Source: Callorhinchus milii
Taxonomy: Eukaryota
NCBI RefSeq assembly: GCF_018977255.1
Contig: NW_024704743.1
Location: forward strand, 61,010,001-61,074,000
Direction of reading: 5' to 3'
DNA: 64,000 nt
Under the pieces are notes generated by a model. It was not told where the DNA came from and searched no databases. It saw only the letters and a program-made list of their open reading frames with translations. Positions 51,549 to 64,000 of the stretch are shown in pieces; the stretch's first letter is position 1; every line of letters begins with the position of its first letter. The position numbers and the translations under genes were made by a program.

Positions 51549-54500
51549 TGGGTGTCTGAATTACATATTTTTACTGATACAGCAGAGGCAGCTTAGGATT
51601 GTCGAACTGTCTGCATTTTGTGTCTCCAGGTTCAAAATTTGTTATCGAAACAAGTGTTTTTTTTAAAAATTGCTAAAAAAATAAACAAAATTGTATGCAA
51701 AACATAAAAAATAAATTTTCACCAACCCTAATTATAATTAAACTCCAAAGTTTATTCAGAGACCTAATAAAACAGACAAACATAATAATAATAATCTTTG
51801 AATTTGATATAATGCCTCATCACGTCTCTGAGACATCTCAAAGCATACACTAAACACACGAACACTAAACACACAATAATGAAACTGAGACCCAATTAAA
51901 CAGAATAATTAAATTGAAATTAGGAATTGCAGTATGTACCACAGGATTCATAAAATGCTATGATGTATTCAGTGAAAATATATATATATTTATATTATAT
52001 AATCCATTCTTGTCCTTTTAAGATATTCCTTTCTTTCCTCCATCAGAGCATTGTAATACTATTATCTTTGACCATGATTACTTTGGGTGGTGATGGATTC
52101 TGATGATCATTCAATCCATAACTGAACTGCTAATCTTGCTTTCAACATTTAGAACTTTACTTTCTCACTGTGTAAAAATCCATGTTCCCTGACTAATTAA
52201 CACTGTCAAAGGAAATTAAAATTCCAACCACGACATGTAATTTTTGATAGTATGTGCAAAACAAAAATAACTTCCATTAAATTACAGAACAACCTGTCTG
52301 CAGATAAATGCACCACCAAACTGAAAAAATCTAGATGATAAATTTCTCAACAAACCAACTGAAATTCAAATTGTCTGATTATGCAGATCAACAAAATATT
52401 TTCCTTAAAGTATAAATAGTTCCTGCCATAGGAGAATAGGATTCTCAGCTCAGTGAGCCTGTTACGATCTCACTTCTAACCATCTCAATCTAAAGATTAT
52501 GTCCCTTTGTTTTGGATCTCTCTGCAAAAGTCATCCACTATCTAGCCTGTCAATTCCCTTTATTATTTTAAATATCTCAATGAGATCACCCCTAAATCTC
52601 AGACTGTTTCCAGGTGCTGAGATGCATTAATATTACTACAGTATCTTCAATTTTTCCTTCAGTATTAAAGTGCACAGGGCTCTTAGGTCCTGAATGGCTG
52701 AAGCAAATAATGTGTTTGTGATTTTTACAATGACTTTCACAAATACCTTCTTGTTCCATCTGTTTGTGCCAATTTGTCATATGGAAAAAACGCGTATGTT
52801 GAGGTCATCTGAGCAACTCGCAAGCACAAGCTTCCATGAGCTAAGTTCATCCACTACCTCAATGATTTGCCTAACTGTGCCTGAGTGAGAGAAACCCTGG
52901 CTCAGACTTCACAGAATGTGAAGAGAACTGTGGCCTGATTTTATCATAACTAAGGGAAGTACAAGAGAGTAGGAGGAAGACAGAGTCTTAGCAATTTATG
53001 TGATTGTTGTTATATAAAAAGTGAAACTTTAGAAGGTGACGGTTACATATGTACATGTTGTTGTGACAGACCATGATAATGCTCCTACGCATTGCCAAAA
53101 ATAGTGGGATGCACATTGGGTCGTTCTGGGTCTCCAACAAAGTAATTTCCTGACCTTGGCTTTGCTGCTGGTGGATGTTCTATGTCAGGGAATGTTCCAA
53201 ATGGAAATCAGGAGGTTCCCCCTAGAGTCATCCCCGCCTGCCCTCATTAGCAGGTAAATACGAATTTGCCAAGCAAAAGAAAACCAAGATCCATCCGGTT
53301 CACCTTCCACCATCCTGATGTTTGCATGTCATGTCCCAAACTATATATTGTATCCCATAAGAACATAAGAATTTGCCGTGCAAATGCCATGTAAAGCAAG
53401 AGGGAGAGTGAAAATGAGAAAGAAAAAAGGAAAGGATGAAGAGAGATTAAGTATTCAAAATCCGATGTATACCCCAAATCTGATTTACATTCGTCTTGTG
53501 GGGGAGGGGGTGGGAGTTGCTAGAAGAAACCAACTGGACTCAATTTGTTCTCTTGCCACATCATAGAAGATTAAGAACCCATTTTCTCCTGCTCCACAGC
53601 TATTGCATTTAAATGTATGACAAAAAGCCATTAAATGTATTGTTGAATACTAACTTAAACAAAAAAAATGCATTTTCTGGGAAGATATGGACATTAAAAA
53701 TTTAGTTACAGAGAAGTGTTAATTTTCTACATAGCCAGTTTTAAAAAGAAGTTTATTTCAGATATAACTATTACAATAAAAAGCTGGATTGATTAGTGTA
53801 CTCATTGCAGTATTTACTACTTTACAACTAATATTAACAAAAATGCACTTCAGCAATCGTGAGCTTTGACTCACTTTACCTCAAACATGTTGTAGATGTA
53901 TTTGGACAGCATCTATATTACACAGTATCAATCTTTTTACCAAAGACCTCAGAGAGCGAGAAAGAGAGAGTGTATGCAAGGGATTTTACACAAGGGCTAG
54001 CAAAACATAAACATACTCTCCCAAACGTGTTGCAATCTTAAGACGCTCTCATGATTTCCATACCATATATTAAACCGTCAAAGCTCCACGCATCATTACA
54101 GAATCAGTTTCTTTTGTTGGCAATGAAATGTAAATTTTGGTCAAATGATATTAGCCTCAGGGCTACTGGCATTTTCACATGTAGGATATGTCTGCAGAAC
54201 CAATTTAACATAAAATTTCAATTCTGCTAACTTATATTAAATAAAAAAAGTCCTTAACCCGACTTTACATATGAATGCACCTCATTAGTCGTATTTTCAT
54301 ATTAAATCTTGCAGCAGCTAAGTAAAAACTTTAAGAGTAGTAAGGCATTAAAGATCCTCCATTTTCGGATAACAAGAATACATTGCAGTTTTAACACTGA
54401 CTGGTTTCGCCACAAAACTAATTCTGAATCAGGAACAGATAACAATATTTGCTGGAGAAAGTTGCAACTTATATCTATCTTATATATTGACTTTTTTAAA

Positions 54501-55494
54501 AAAATGCAAGACATTTCATACAAACACACCTAATCTTTGGTAATAACATAATTTGTAAAGGAAGGATAAACTGCAAAGGTAAGGCAGGTTTGAATCTGAT
54601 CCACAGTTAATGGACTGAAAGACTCTCTGGTTGTAATGGTTTCAAGCATTGTTTGCAGTCTCGATCAGCATTTAAGCATTTCAGGTCGTAGTGCTCACAT
54701 GCCCCCAGATCACAGAACTGTCCATAATTCACAACTAATCCATATTCATTTAGCAATCAATAAATGATAAATCTGCTAAATACAAATGGTGCAGCGCGAG
54801 ACCTCATCTGCTTTGCTTAAGGAGAATGTTTGTATATTCATGGCATGGTACAACTTAACCCCAGGTTTATTACAACTATGTTCACAATTTATATGCAGAC
54901 ATCAAACGATTTTAAAAATTAAAATCAATCAATCTAGTATGACAAGAGGGAGGTAGTAAGTTAGTATCTTAAATAAAACATAACAATGTGCTTTACTTAC
55001 AGAGGTCACAACTCTGTGCTCATGAATGGTTCTGTTGTTCTCAATAAAAGGATGGGTATCTGCAAGTACAGTATTATGGTTCTGCAAGGATAAAGAAGGG
55101 ACCCTCAAGCTATTGATTGGAAGATGCAATTGACTTGATCTAGGGATTGTGGTGGACATTTTTATTATTTAATGTGTCCAATTATATTTCTAATCCACCC
55201 CCATCTCCCCCACACCATCCAACCAGTGTATCCTCCACACCTGGTCTGGGCAAATCTTGCTATGGAGCAGTTCCACAAAGCGGATTACCATCCCCACTCA
55301 AGTAGCCATTGTTCATGTGTGGGTGTTGGCAGTAAGTATTAGACGGCCACTTGTAGAAGGCATCTAGGACCAAGCTGTGAGGTAAATTTGTACCAAAAAG
55401 GGGAAGCAGTTACAGGGAGGGATGGTGGCCTTCACTGATTTGCTTAGCACCCTGAAGGGTCTACCTTGATTGGAAATGCTGAGGTGTGCCGAGG

Positions 55495-56085
55495 TATATC
55501 CTCCTTGGGGGGTGGGAGAGGAAAGTAAGTGGTGTCTCTTTGGAGCTGAGCTAGCTCCAAGGTGACATGTTTGTTGGAAACAAGTCAATTCTACACAGCA
55601 GTTTTGCAACTCGACAGTCAGTTGGGTCTGCAGTACTCCAGAGCATTGCCAATGACATACCAAGCTCATCAGTAGGGCTTGGAAGGGCAAATCAGTCACC
55701 AGGAACAGGGATTCTTCCGAATCAGCTCTTGTTCAGCCTGCAAACTAGCACATAGGGTGGTCCCAGATAGGCAAGTAGCAAGAAGCCTAATTGGCAGTGC
55801 TCTCGAAGGTAACCTATGCATTTTTTTCTGATCAAACTGCAACATTACCACAAAACACACTTTGGAGTTCCCATGCCCTTGCTCTTGCCAACCTGCACCT
55901 ACTCCTCTCCGGAATTAGGTAAGCAGGATGCGTCCTTCCAGGGAGACAGTGAGCATTGCATTCCAGACGTATGGAAATTTCCTTATTTAGGTGGTGTGCG
56001 TACGTATGTGGAACTCTCAGTCTGATTTGCATACTCTTAAGCATGGCGATTGGCTTCAGCATGTGTCACACGTCAGTTAACCAGA
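55495..56085 (+). repeat. Unclassified interspersed repeat, copy 3
   Basis: gcagtactccagagcattgc...ctcttgccaacctgcacct...tccggaattaggtaagcaggatgc, shared with copies 2 and 4. Confidence 0.75.
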
Positions 56086-56604
56086 AAAAAAATCGGAATC
56101 AAAGGAAAAGGAATCATTGATATTGGAGAAGAGCTAATGATGTGGCAAAATTGGAAATAACCATAATATTTATCAATGCAAAAGGCAATATACTCACAAG
56201 TGCTTAATAGGCTCATTTTCAAAAAAGTGCCCAGAAAATGAGGTAAAATAACTAACTATTAAGCCTGGTGAAAGTCCAAAAATGAGATTAAGCTACTGAC
56301 ATTACAAATTACTTCTTACAGATGTTAAAACGGAACAAACAGTTCTGTGTGTGAAATTTTGAAGAAGTCTAGACACTTATGAAGCTTGTTTAAAATCTGG
56401 TGAAAAGTTGATGTTTTTGAAGTGACAGAAACAGATGTAAGAACAGACATGTGGATTGTTCTGATCATGCTCAATTTCAAAAGGAGCAGAAAATATTATG
56501 TTTGGTAAAATCCAGTTGACTTTTTAATTTATTTAGGTGACAAATTACTGTTTACAGTCATCATCCAACTGTTACAGCAGAGAACGTAGAGTACAAACAT
56601 CAAT

Positions 56605-56820
56605 TTAGTTCAGCCTTCTGCCCCCACCCTCTGGAACTCCATCCCAGGGCCCTTCCACCTCACCCCCTCCCTTGCCTCCTTCAGGGCCCTTCTCAAGACC
56701 TTTCTTTTTGACTGTGCCTTTGATAATGTTTCCTCCTCCAACCCCCTGCCCTCCACCCCTCTCTGATTCCAAACACAGGTTGGGTGCAAACCTCTCATTG
56801 TCCAGCACCTTGGGAAATCC
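56605..56820 (+). mobile_element. L2 LINE 3' fragment
   Basis: gcccccaccctctggaactccatccc (APTLWNSIP). Confidence 0.8.
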
Positions 56821-57439
56821 TACCCTTAAAACTGCTCATCAATAACAGTTTTTATCTGTTTCCTTGGTTTAATCTCGTGAACATCTCATCTTTCCTGTTC
56901 ACACAGATGGAAGGTCAGATACTGTGCATGACATACAGCCCTTCAAAGGAGAGTAACTAATATGTGTCCCAATGAGGTCTGAGCTCTTGTAGTTGTATAA
57001 ACAATAGTTATCAAATGTTCTTTTGAAATAATGTGCTGTAACATACTTTGTGAAGCTTGATATTTTACAATGCAGTGCTATGGGTATATACAACCAAGCA
57101 AATGTAAAGAACCAGCAATCACTTTGTATATAAAACAGGAATATAATGTAAACTGAGCAATAGTACAGCACTTAGTCTGGATATACAGTAAAGGAAAGGC
57201 ACTAACCTTTAACAGATTATACTATACTCCCCATTCATTGCCAAAAATGCCATATTCTGTGCAGTATGGAAGCTGACTCCACTGCGTAAAATACATTTGG
57301 CAGATGCAGCATCAAGAGTTCTACTCCATTAACTTCTTCCTCAGGTAGTCAAGGATATTCTATTAGTTTTACTGGCTAATTCCCTAAAGTATGCGAACGG
57401 CATATATTAGAACATTCTATCAATCTATCAATCCGATCT

Positions 57440-58735
57440 CTGTCTAGGACGAGTTAGTTTTCCCGTGTTGGGGGGGAGGAGGGGCTAAGCGGAGTCTTCC
57501 AAGGTGATATTTTGGCAACTGAATGTCACAATCGAGCCAAACCTCAATGGCAGTTTTGTCCAGTTCCTGAGGCAGGCGGGTTCGCAGTACTCAACAACAA
57601 CAACAACAACAAGATTCCATTTATAAAGCGCCTTTCACGTCAGGAGGACGTCCCAAGGCGCTGCACAGTTGGGTCATGACCCGAGCAGGGGGGAAATGGT
57701 CAGGGTGAGGGAAGGGAGGGAGCGAGGAGGGGGAAGAGAGTCGAGAGGGGAGCTGAAGGCTCGGTCAAAGAGAAAGGTTTTGAGACCGGCCTTGAAGGAG
57801 GAAAGGGAGGAGGCGGCGAAGGCACTGGGGGATGGAGTTCCAGAGCCTCGGGGCTGAGAGGCTGAAGGCTCGGCCACCGATAGTAGGGCGGTTGGGGCGG
57901 GGGACGTGGAGCAGACCGGAGCCAGAGGAACGGAGGGTACGGGCAGGTAGGTAGGGGGATAGTAGGTTGGAGAGGTAGGAGGGAGCAAGGCCGTGAATGG
58001 CCTTGTAGGTGAGGATGAGGATCTTGAAATCAATCCTCTGGGGGATGGGGAGCCAGTGGAGGCGAGCGAGGGTGGGAGTGATGTGGTCCCGAAGCCTGGT
58101 GCGGGACAGTACACGAGCTGCAGAGTTCTGAATGACCTGCAGCTTGTGGAGGGAGGTGGCGGGAAGGCCGGCGAGGAGAGAGTTCCCATAGTCCAGCCTT
58201 GAGGTGATAAAGGCGTGAACCAGGGTTTCAGCAGCGTGAGGGGTGAGGTAGTGGCATAGTCTGGCGATGTTCCGGAGGTGATGGAAGGCGGTGATGGAAT
58301 ACTCCAGGGCACTGCTTAGCACAGCCAGCCTGGCTCATCAGTAGACCTTGAAAGGCAGACGAGTCACTGGGACAGGGATTTTTCCCACTCAATTCCTGTT
58401 AACCCTGCAAAACCCTAATGGGTAGAGTGGTCTTACTGGACAAGCAGTGGGAAAGCTTGCCAGATAGTGTGTTCATTGGTAAGCTATGCAGTTTTAGCTC
58501 CAGCAGTATCCCAATACAAACATTGGGGTCTCCAAGCCTTGGTTCTTGCCGGCCTGCACCTAATACTTTCCGGAATTAGGTAGGCAGGATGCTTTCCTGC
58601 AGGGAGAGAGTGCACATTCCATTCCAATACACAAGAATTTCTATGGACCTCTACCCTCTGGTTTGGTTTTGATACTTAAGCATGTTGATGAGTTTCCGTA
58701 TGCGTTAAGACATACAACTGACCATCAAACTCAGT
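57440..58735 (+). repeat. Unclassified interspersed repeat, copy 4, split by an L2 insertion
   Basis: 57440-57592 and 58305-58735 rejoin as gcagtactc|cagggcactg, as in copies 2 and 3. Confidence 0.8.
57593..58299 (-). mobile_element. Young 5'-truncated L2 LINE with a TACTC target-site duplication
   Basis: Open ORF2 C-terminus (HAFITSRLDYGNSLLAGLP...LHWLPIPQRIDFKIL...[15 protein letters not shown]); CpGs retained; tactc at 57588-57592 and 58300-58304. Confidence 0.95.
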
Positions 58736-59194
58736 TGATTTTGTGAGCTTCAACAGGAAGCATAATGTTTGGCCATGGTCCATAGCAGGGAGGGGGGGGG
58801 GGGAAACAAGAACAGGGACACAATTCTGTCTGATTTTCTCTTCTCTAATTCTAGGGCAATAATACCAAATTGCAGTGTTTCAAATGCTACCCTGGCTGAA
58901 TCAACATATTCAGCACAGGGCTCAAACATACAGCTCTTGGTTGTATAAAACTGTACATTACTTAACACAAGACAGTGTTAAGTCATTTCCAGTGGCCATC
59001 AGGGGGAGCTAGATAAACAGCTAGGAACCACTATTTGATTAATATATTACAATAATATTCAGCAGGTCCAAACATTATGACTTCTTTCTCAATCGTTCAG
59101 CATTTATACTTCAGGTGTAATTAAAAACCAAGACTTTTCACACATTCCAATAAATGTTTTAACTATGGTTTGAATTTGTTGCATTATTCCCTAC

Positions 59195-59327
59195 CAGAGG
59201 CCGGGGCTGACTCCTCGTTGTCATGCTCATCGTGCCACTCCATGGTTCGATAATAGCTTTGCATTACTTCCCACAGGGCCTTGCAAAGATCAGAGAGGCA
59301 TGGTATGTAGCTGTCTGGAGTAATATG
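59195..59327 (-). CDS. VPS50: VPS50 internal exon, 133 nt ([44 protein letters not shown])
   Basis: ccctgcag acceptor, gtaggg donor, phase 0/1; most 5' VPS50 exon found in the window. Confidence 0.97.
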
Positions 59328-59495
59328 CTGCAGGGAATAGTAAAGACTTGTGAGACTTGTTACAGCACAGCTCAAAATAGAGACGATGAGCAGAATCTAA
59401 AGATTAATATTTTGCTGCAGCATATACATTTAGGAAATTCTGGTACATATCCCACATTAATGTTGAACAATCCCTTCAAGCAAGGCGATTGTTGA

Positions 59496-60098
59496 TACAA
59501 TAAAACTCACGGAAGTCATATCAGTCAGGATATAACATTTAATAAGACTTATGCAAATTCCGAGTTGCAGGCAAACTGTAGAAATCTCAAAAAAATTTGA
59601 TTTAATCAATAATTTACACCGCCCATGCAAAAAAAATGTAATGCAGCTGGTAAGTGTGTTGCATTAATTCGTGATTTCAGCCAGTAAGGGCAAATTCAGT
59701 GACAGGTTAAGACCACATTTTCCGTGATTCAATGTGTCCTCACCCATCACCAAATGCACAATTTCCGGCAAATGTAGAAATTGCATTGAATCGTGGGAAA
59801 ATTAAGTTCTTCTGCACATGAATCGATGAAGGCTACGCTTCCCACAAGTTAATGCAGCCGGACGGTAAAAGCACATGGCTCGACAAATAGGGGCACCATT
59901 TTCTGCAATTCAAGACCTCTGGCAAAAGCGGGAATAATGGAGAGTAGGGGAGTGGCGTTACAAGTTTAAGGCAAGTAATATGAGTAATGTAAAAACATAC
60001 AAGTGATTTTGTATAGGAAACTGAACCTGACTGGTGAATGTACGACTGAGGAGTTTATAGGATTTATAAACATAACATTTATGACGATTTTACTGCAT
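59496..60098. mobile_element. Probable Tc1/mariner-pogo-like non-autonomous element
   Basis: Left end tacaataaaactcacggaagtcatat; right end tatgacgattttactgca; a related right end lies at ~63105-63216 (atatgacttacgtgagtttcactgta). Confidence 0.55.
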
Positions 60099-61924
60099 AA
60101 TCCCTTCTAGCAAGAGTAATAGTACATTTGGGTCCATCAAGGAATATATCAAGGTACTCTGATATGATCAACATGTAAAAATAAATACCATACTAATAAA
60201 TGCAGATATTTCAAACAATACCTGCAGGTACCCCATCCAGTTCCCAGAATATTTAAACATTGTTTCAGTCAGGTTCAAGATGTGGAATCAGTTTATTTAC
60301 ATTTATCCAATCTAATTGTCTGGGGCATCAATTGGCTTTGCTCTCACCAATGCATGTTCCACTCCTTCCCATGCTGCCAATTTTGTATAACAAACAGAAA
60401 TCTACCAACCATCAAATGTAGTTTACATTTCTTATAAATTACTTGGCAAAATATTAAAGTCAAAATTGTTGGAGCATTATTTAGCGTAAACAAAAATCCT
60501 TTTTTCTAAAGATACTGAGGATCTAGCACCAAGCACATTAATAAAACACTGTAATCTGATCATAAATAAATATACAGCGCAGATACAGTAGGAAAATGAT
60601 TGGAGTCAGTAAAGATATGAAAGGGAAAAAATAAATGCACTATATGATTTAATTTCGGTTCATATTAGTATTCCAAGCCAAGACCCCCATTAATCAAAAG
60701 TACAATATGCTTAACACTCTTCCCCATTTAGTTCCATAAAAGCATGAGTTGTTCAGTCAATTCCAGCTGTGAAACACAGCTTAGGGCAAGTTGGTCCATT
60801 TCTCTCAATTTCAAAGAATATTGAATTGGATATTAAATGTATTCTTAAAAAAATGCACTCAACAGCAGTCCCATACAATGCAAATATTCTACAAATGAAT
60901 AGAGATTGTTGTCTCAAGCATTAAGAAGCCATAATTATATCCTCAATCTTGCAAAAACACTACATTCATGAATAATCCATCTATGTTGTGTCAAAAGTAA
61001 AACAGACTGTCAATCATTACACAAAAATTATTAATGTGTGCTAGTATTTTATGTGTTTTTACAAAACTAGTTTCCATTAAATTGTCTAGACACTGACCTT
61101 TTCTGACTTCATCTTCTGTGTGCTACAGACAATATTCACATTTGTATAGTTGAATATTTAGCAGATCACTGTATACCTCAGCCAGCAGAATGAGCTACTG
61201 GTGACCCACACTGAGCAGTAAATCACTCTGCACATGATTGCAGCAATCTGTAAGCGTTGCCAAAGTACAGACCATGGCAACAGATAACTACTGTGGAAAA
61301 GTGTGAACTGTGCTCTTTCCCTTGTAACCTAATTCTACACAAGGGAACCCTGTTATAAAGCAGCTCACTGGGACCAGTATCTCAGTGTAATAGGCGGAGT
61401 AAAACAAAGTAATTTTCATGTCATAGGGTCACTTACACTATGTAAAGTACAACTAATATCACTTATTGTGAATTGCCGAAATGCACTATTCATATCACCT
61501 TCTGTGCTCTGTGCAGACTGTTATGTGCAAAATGCACCGCAAAATGAATTTATACAGCACTCTTGTGCAAGAAATGATGCTACAAATATGTAGTGGACTT
61601 AAAACAAAATGAACAAGTTGATACTCAACTTTTAAGAAATGCTTCTCACCACAACAGTGTTATTTACAGTCATTAAGATATAACAATGTGGTCATTGAAA
61701 GTCACATTAACAAACTGCATATAACTGAATGCATATGTCCTCCCCCTTCCTAGTTAAAACCAACTCTCTGCCAATTTAAACTATCATCTGCATAAAAGTC
61801 CCCACAAAATAAACAAAGAAGCAGCAGTTAATATCACAATTGACCATCTTTCTTGTTTTAAGTAACAGCATTTTATATATTTCTTGAGGAGGGGAGGAGA
61901 AAGATAATCCTCCTGAATATAAAG

Positions 61925-62253
61925 TTTGATTTCCGGCAGAGTGAAACGTTGGGCAAGTTTCCTTACTCCACACGCCTGTATTTACTTAGCAGTAAGTAGG
62001 AACCTGGTTGTTAGTCGGTTGGTGGATCGCTTTTCCGGGGATAATAATCCTTTCCAAACAAAAAAAAACAAGAATAAGAATTTGGTCACTCAATCCACGA
62101 CTGTTTGTGGGACACTGTTGTGCGCAATTGGCTGCCGTGTTTCACCCACAGAATATAGTCAATTCACTTTACAGTATATTCTGTGAAGTGCTTTGAGACG
62201 TCTAGAAGATGTGATAAGGCGCTATATCAAATGCAAGGATTATTATTATTATT
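61925..62253 (+). mobile_element. Near-full-length SINE with a truncated head
   Basis: ttgggcaagtttccttactccacacgcc, core and (tta)n tail. Confidence 0.9.
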
Positions 62254-64000
62254 AATATTTGCAATTCAGAATTTTCACCATCAATAAAAAGTCCCATAAT
62301 TCTTGGGAATGTTTCTATCTGCAGACATCAAAGCATAGCTATTGAAGATGTCCATTCTTCAAAGTGGAACAAATTGTGATTTATATTTGGAACATGAAGC
62401 ATTCTACTTCAAATAAACTTTTAAAGTAACCTGGGTATAGGAGGCAGTTTGGCGGCTCACTTGACTGGTATTCCAAAGTTCACCACTGTCGATAATTTCT
62501 CACATAACAAGCTCGCTATCTCAAACCAGGCTGTCCATTTAAATAAATTCACAAATAAAAAAAACAGGAGAAAAAGTGTTTGAATAGTAATCAAGGGATG
62601 CTGTGCCAAGACCCTACAAAAGTGACAAGATCTATGGACTCTTCCTTCTGATTGATCTACCTGCCCAATTTCTCAGTACCATGTAAGCAATCATCCAATA
62701 TTATCTAATTACATTTAAATGAATGTTCTGAAGTACAAAGCATAAAAAGATCCAAAGTGGGGCAATTTTTTTAATGGAAGAAAGTTTAGCTATCTTGTAG
62801 GGTTTTCCTCATTCCTCAAATGGAGATCTTCCACATACCAATGGAATCTCCAGCTTGTTGCTGATTCAATAAGTGATGATTGCCAAGGAAAAAAACTGTA
62901 AATCACTGTTATAGATGATTAATATTTGGAGATGATTTTTTCCAAGCCAATAAACTGTCCACAATCAACGATAGAAAGTTTCAGTCTAAAACTTACTATT
63001 TCTCAAGAGCCAGGTCACCGAGTACAAACTGGATGGATCTGGGTAAAGAATTTGACCTAATAATTCAATGTCGGGAACCAAGAACGCACAAGTGATGTTC
63101 AGCTCCATGTGCAAAGAAATCTAAGTGGCTATGATAGGAAATTGGTACTCACGTGAATGTACGACTTAAGTAATTATATGATTTATAAAAATATGACTTA
63201 CGTGAGTTTCACTGTATAGTAATGGGAGCAATTTGTGGGGATGTCTTTGACACTGTGACAAATGACATCATGGCATTTTGAAAAGTGGTTGTTCAAGTGA
63301 ATGTTTTCCCCTGTTAAACAGCACCTACTTTTCCTAGAGGAAGCTACAGCAACATCAAAGACAACTTGCATTTACAGAGCGGCCTTCATGCCGGGTAGTG
63401 TCCGGAGTGCTTAAGAATTATTATATAACAAATTTAAAATTACAAATCATTTAACGTTACAAATTTCACCAATATTCATTAACACTGATCTGCAGGTGCC
63501 TAGCTGTTCTCAAAAGAACACATAATGTGAAACTGGCAATCCCAGCATAATGTATGCGTCTTCTATAGAAGAAAAAATATGTGCCTGTTCACATTTGGCA
63601 CTGCACCAGAACTTCAGTGTCCTCTACCAGATATTTCCAATGGAGACCAGAGTTAATTCTCCCCATGCAATAAAGCTTAACAAGGTATAATAAATCCTGT
63701 CAGTTTCAGTTATAATGAGGAATTAGTCAGAATGTTATCTGCACCTGCAATCTTAAATCATTCATAATGGAATCAGACAATTTACATTTTAGGAGAAACA
63801 AGGTCATAATATCTGTATACAATAATAGATTTAAGCTATACTAAATGCTAATAAAGTTCAAAAAGAGCAAGCAGAAAACAAAATATTGGCACGGAAAGTG
63901 TAAAAATTCCATTAATCTAAATACAAAAGATATTACAATTTATTTTTATTTCTACTTGAAATAATCTTTGAAATGCAGGATACCCAACCCAGAAATATAT

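Noticed and set aside
58320..58350. CTGATGAG plus hairpin on the minus strand as a hammerhead in the unclassified repeat
   Set aside because: No GAAA box follows the stem, and the motif is not kept in all copies.
1..64000. CRISPR arrays, operons or other prokaryote-type systems
   Set aside because: The sequence is spliceosomal-intron-rich vertebrate DNA; no repeat-spacer array or gene-dense region is visible.

Overview
Eukaryotic (vertebrate) genomic DNA. The repeat content (tRNA-headed Deu-domain SINEs with (TTA)n tails, L2 LINEs with (TTG)n tails, CR1 LINEs) suggests a cartilaginous fish, possibly a chimaera/elephant shark; this is inference. The whole window lies inside one minus-strand gene, VPS50 (CCDC132/syndetin, EARP complex). 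I traced ten consecutive internal coding exons between 59327 and 25465, all with GT-AG boundaries and consistent phases. The gene continues past both window edges; I found no further exon in 1-25464 or above 59327. The rest is intron filled with SINEs, L2 and CR1 fragments, MITEs, an unclassified four-copy repeat and simple repeats. Most ORFs in the track are repeat-derived or spurious. I see no convincing new gene system. The best leads are: (i) two SINE copies sharing a ~430-450 bp 5' extension; (ii) a ~98% identical inverted SINE pair bracketing a frame-symmetric 780-nt block of seven VPS50 exons (circRNA/skip candidate); (iii) a templated 26-bp inverted insertion at a CR1 junction; (iv) a degenerate hammerhead-like motif; (v) the unclassified repeat. 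Exon coordinates were counted to the base; repeat boundaries are approximate. Family and homology calls are from recognition, not database searches.
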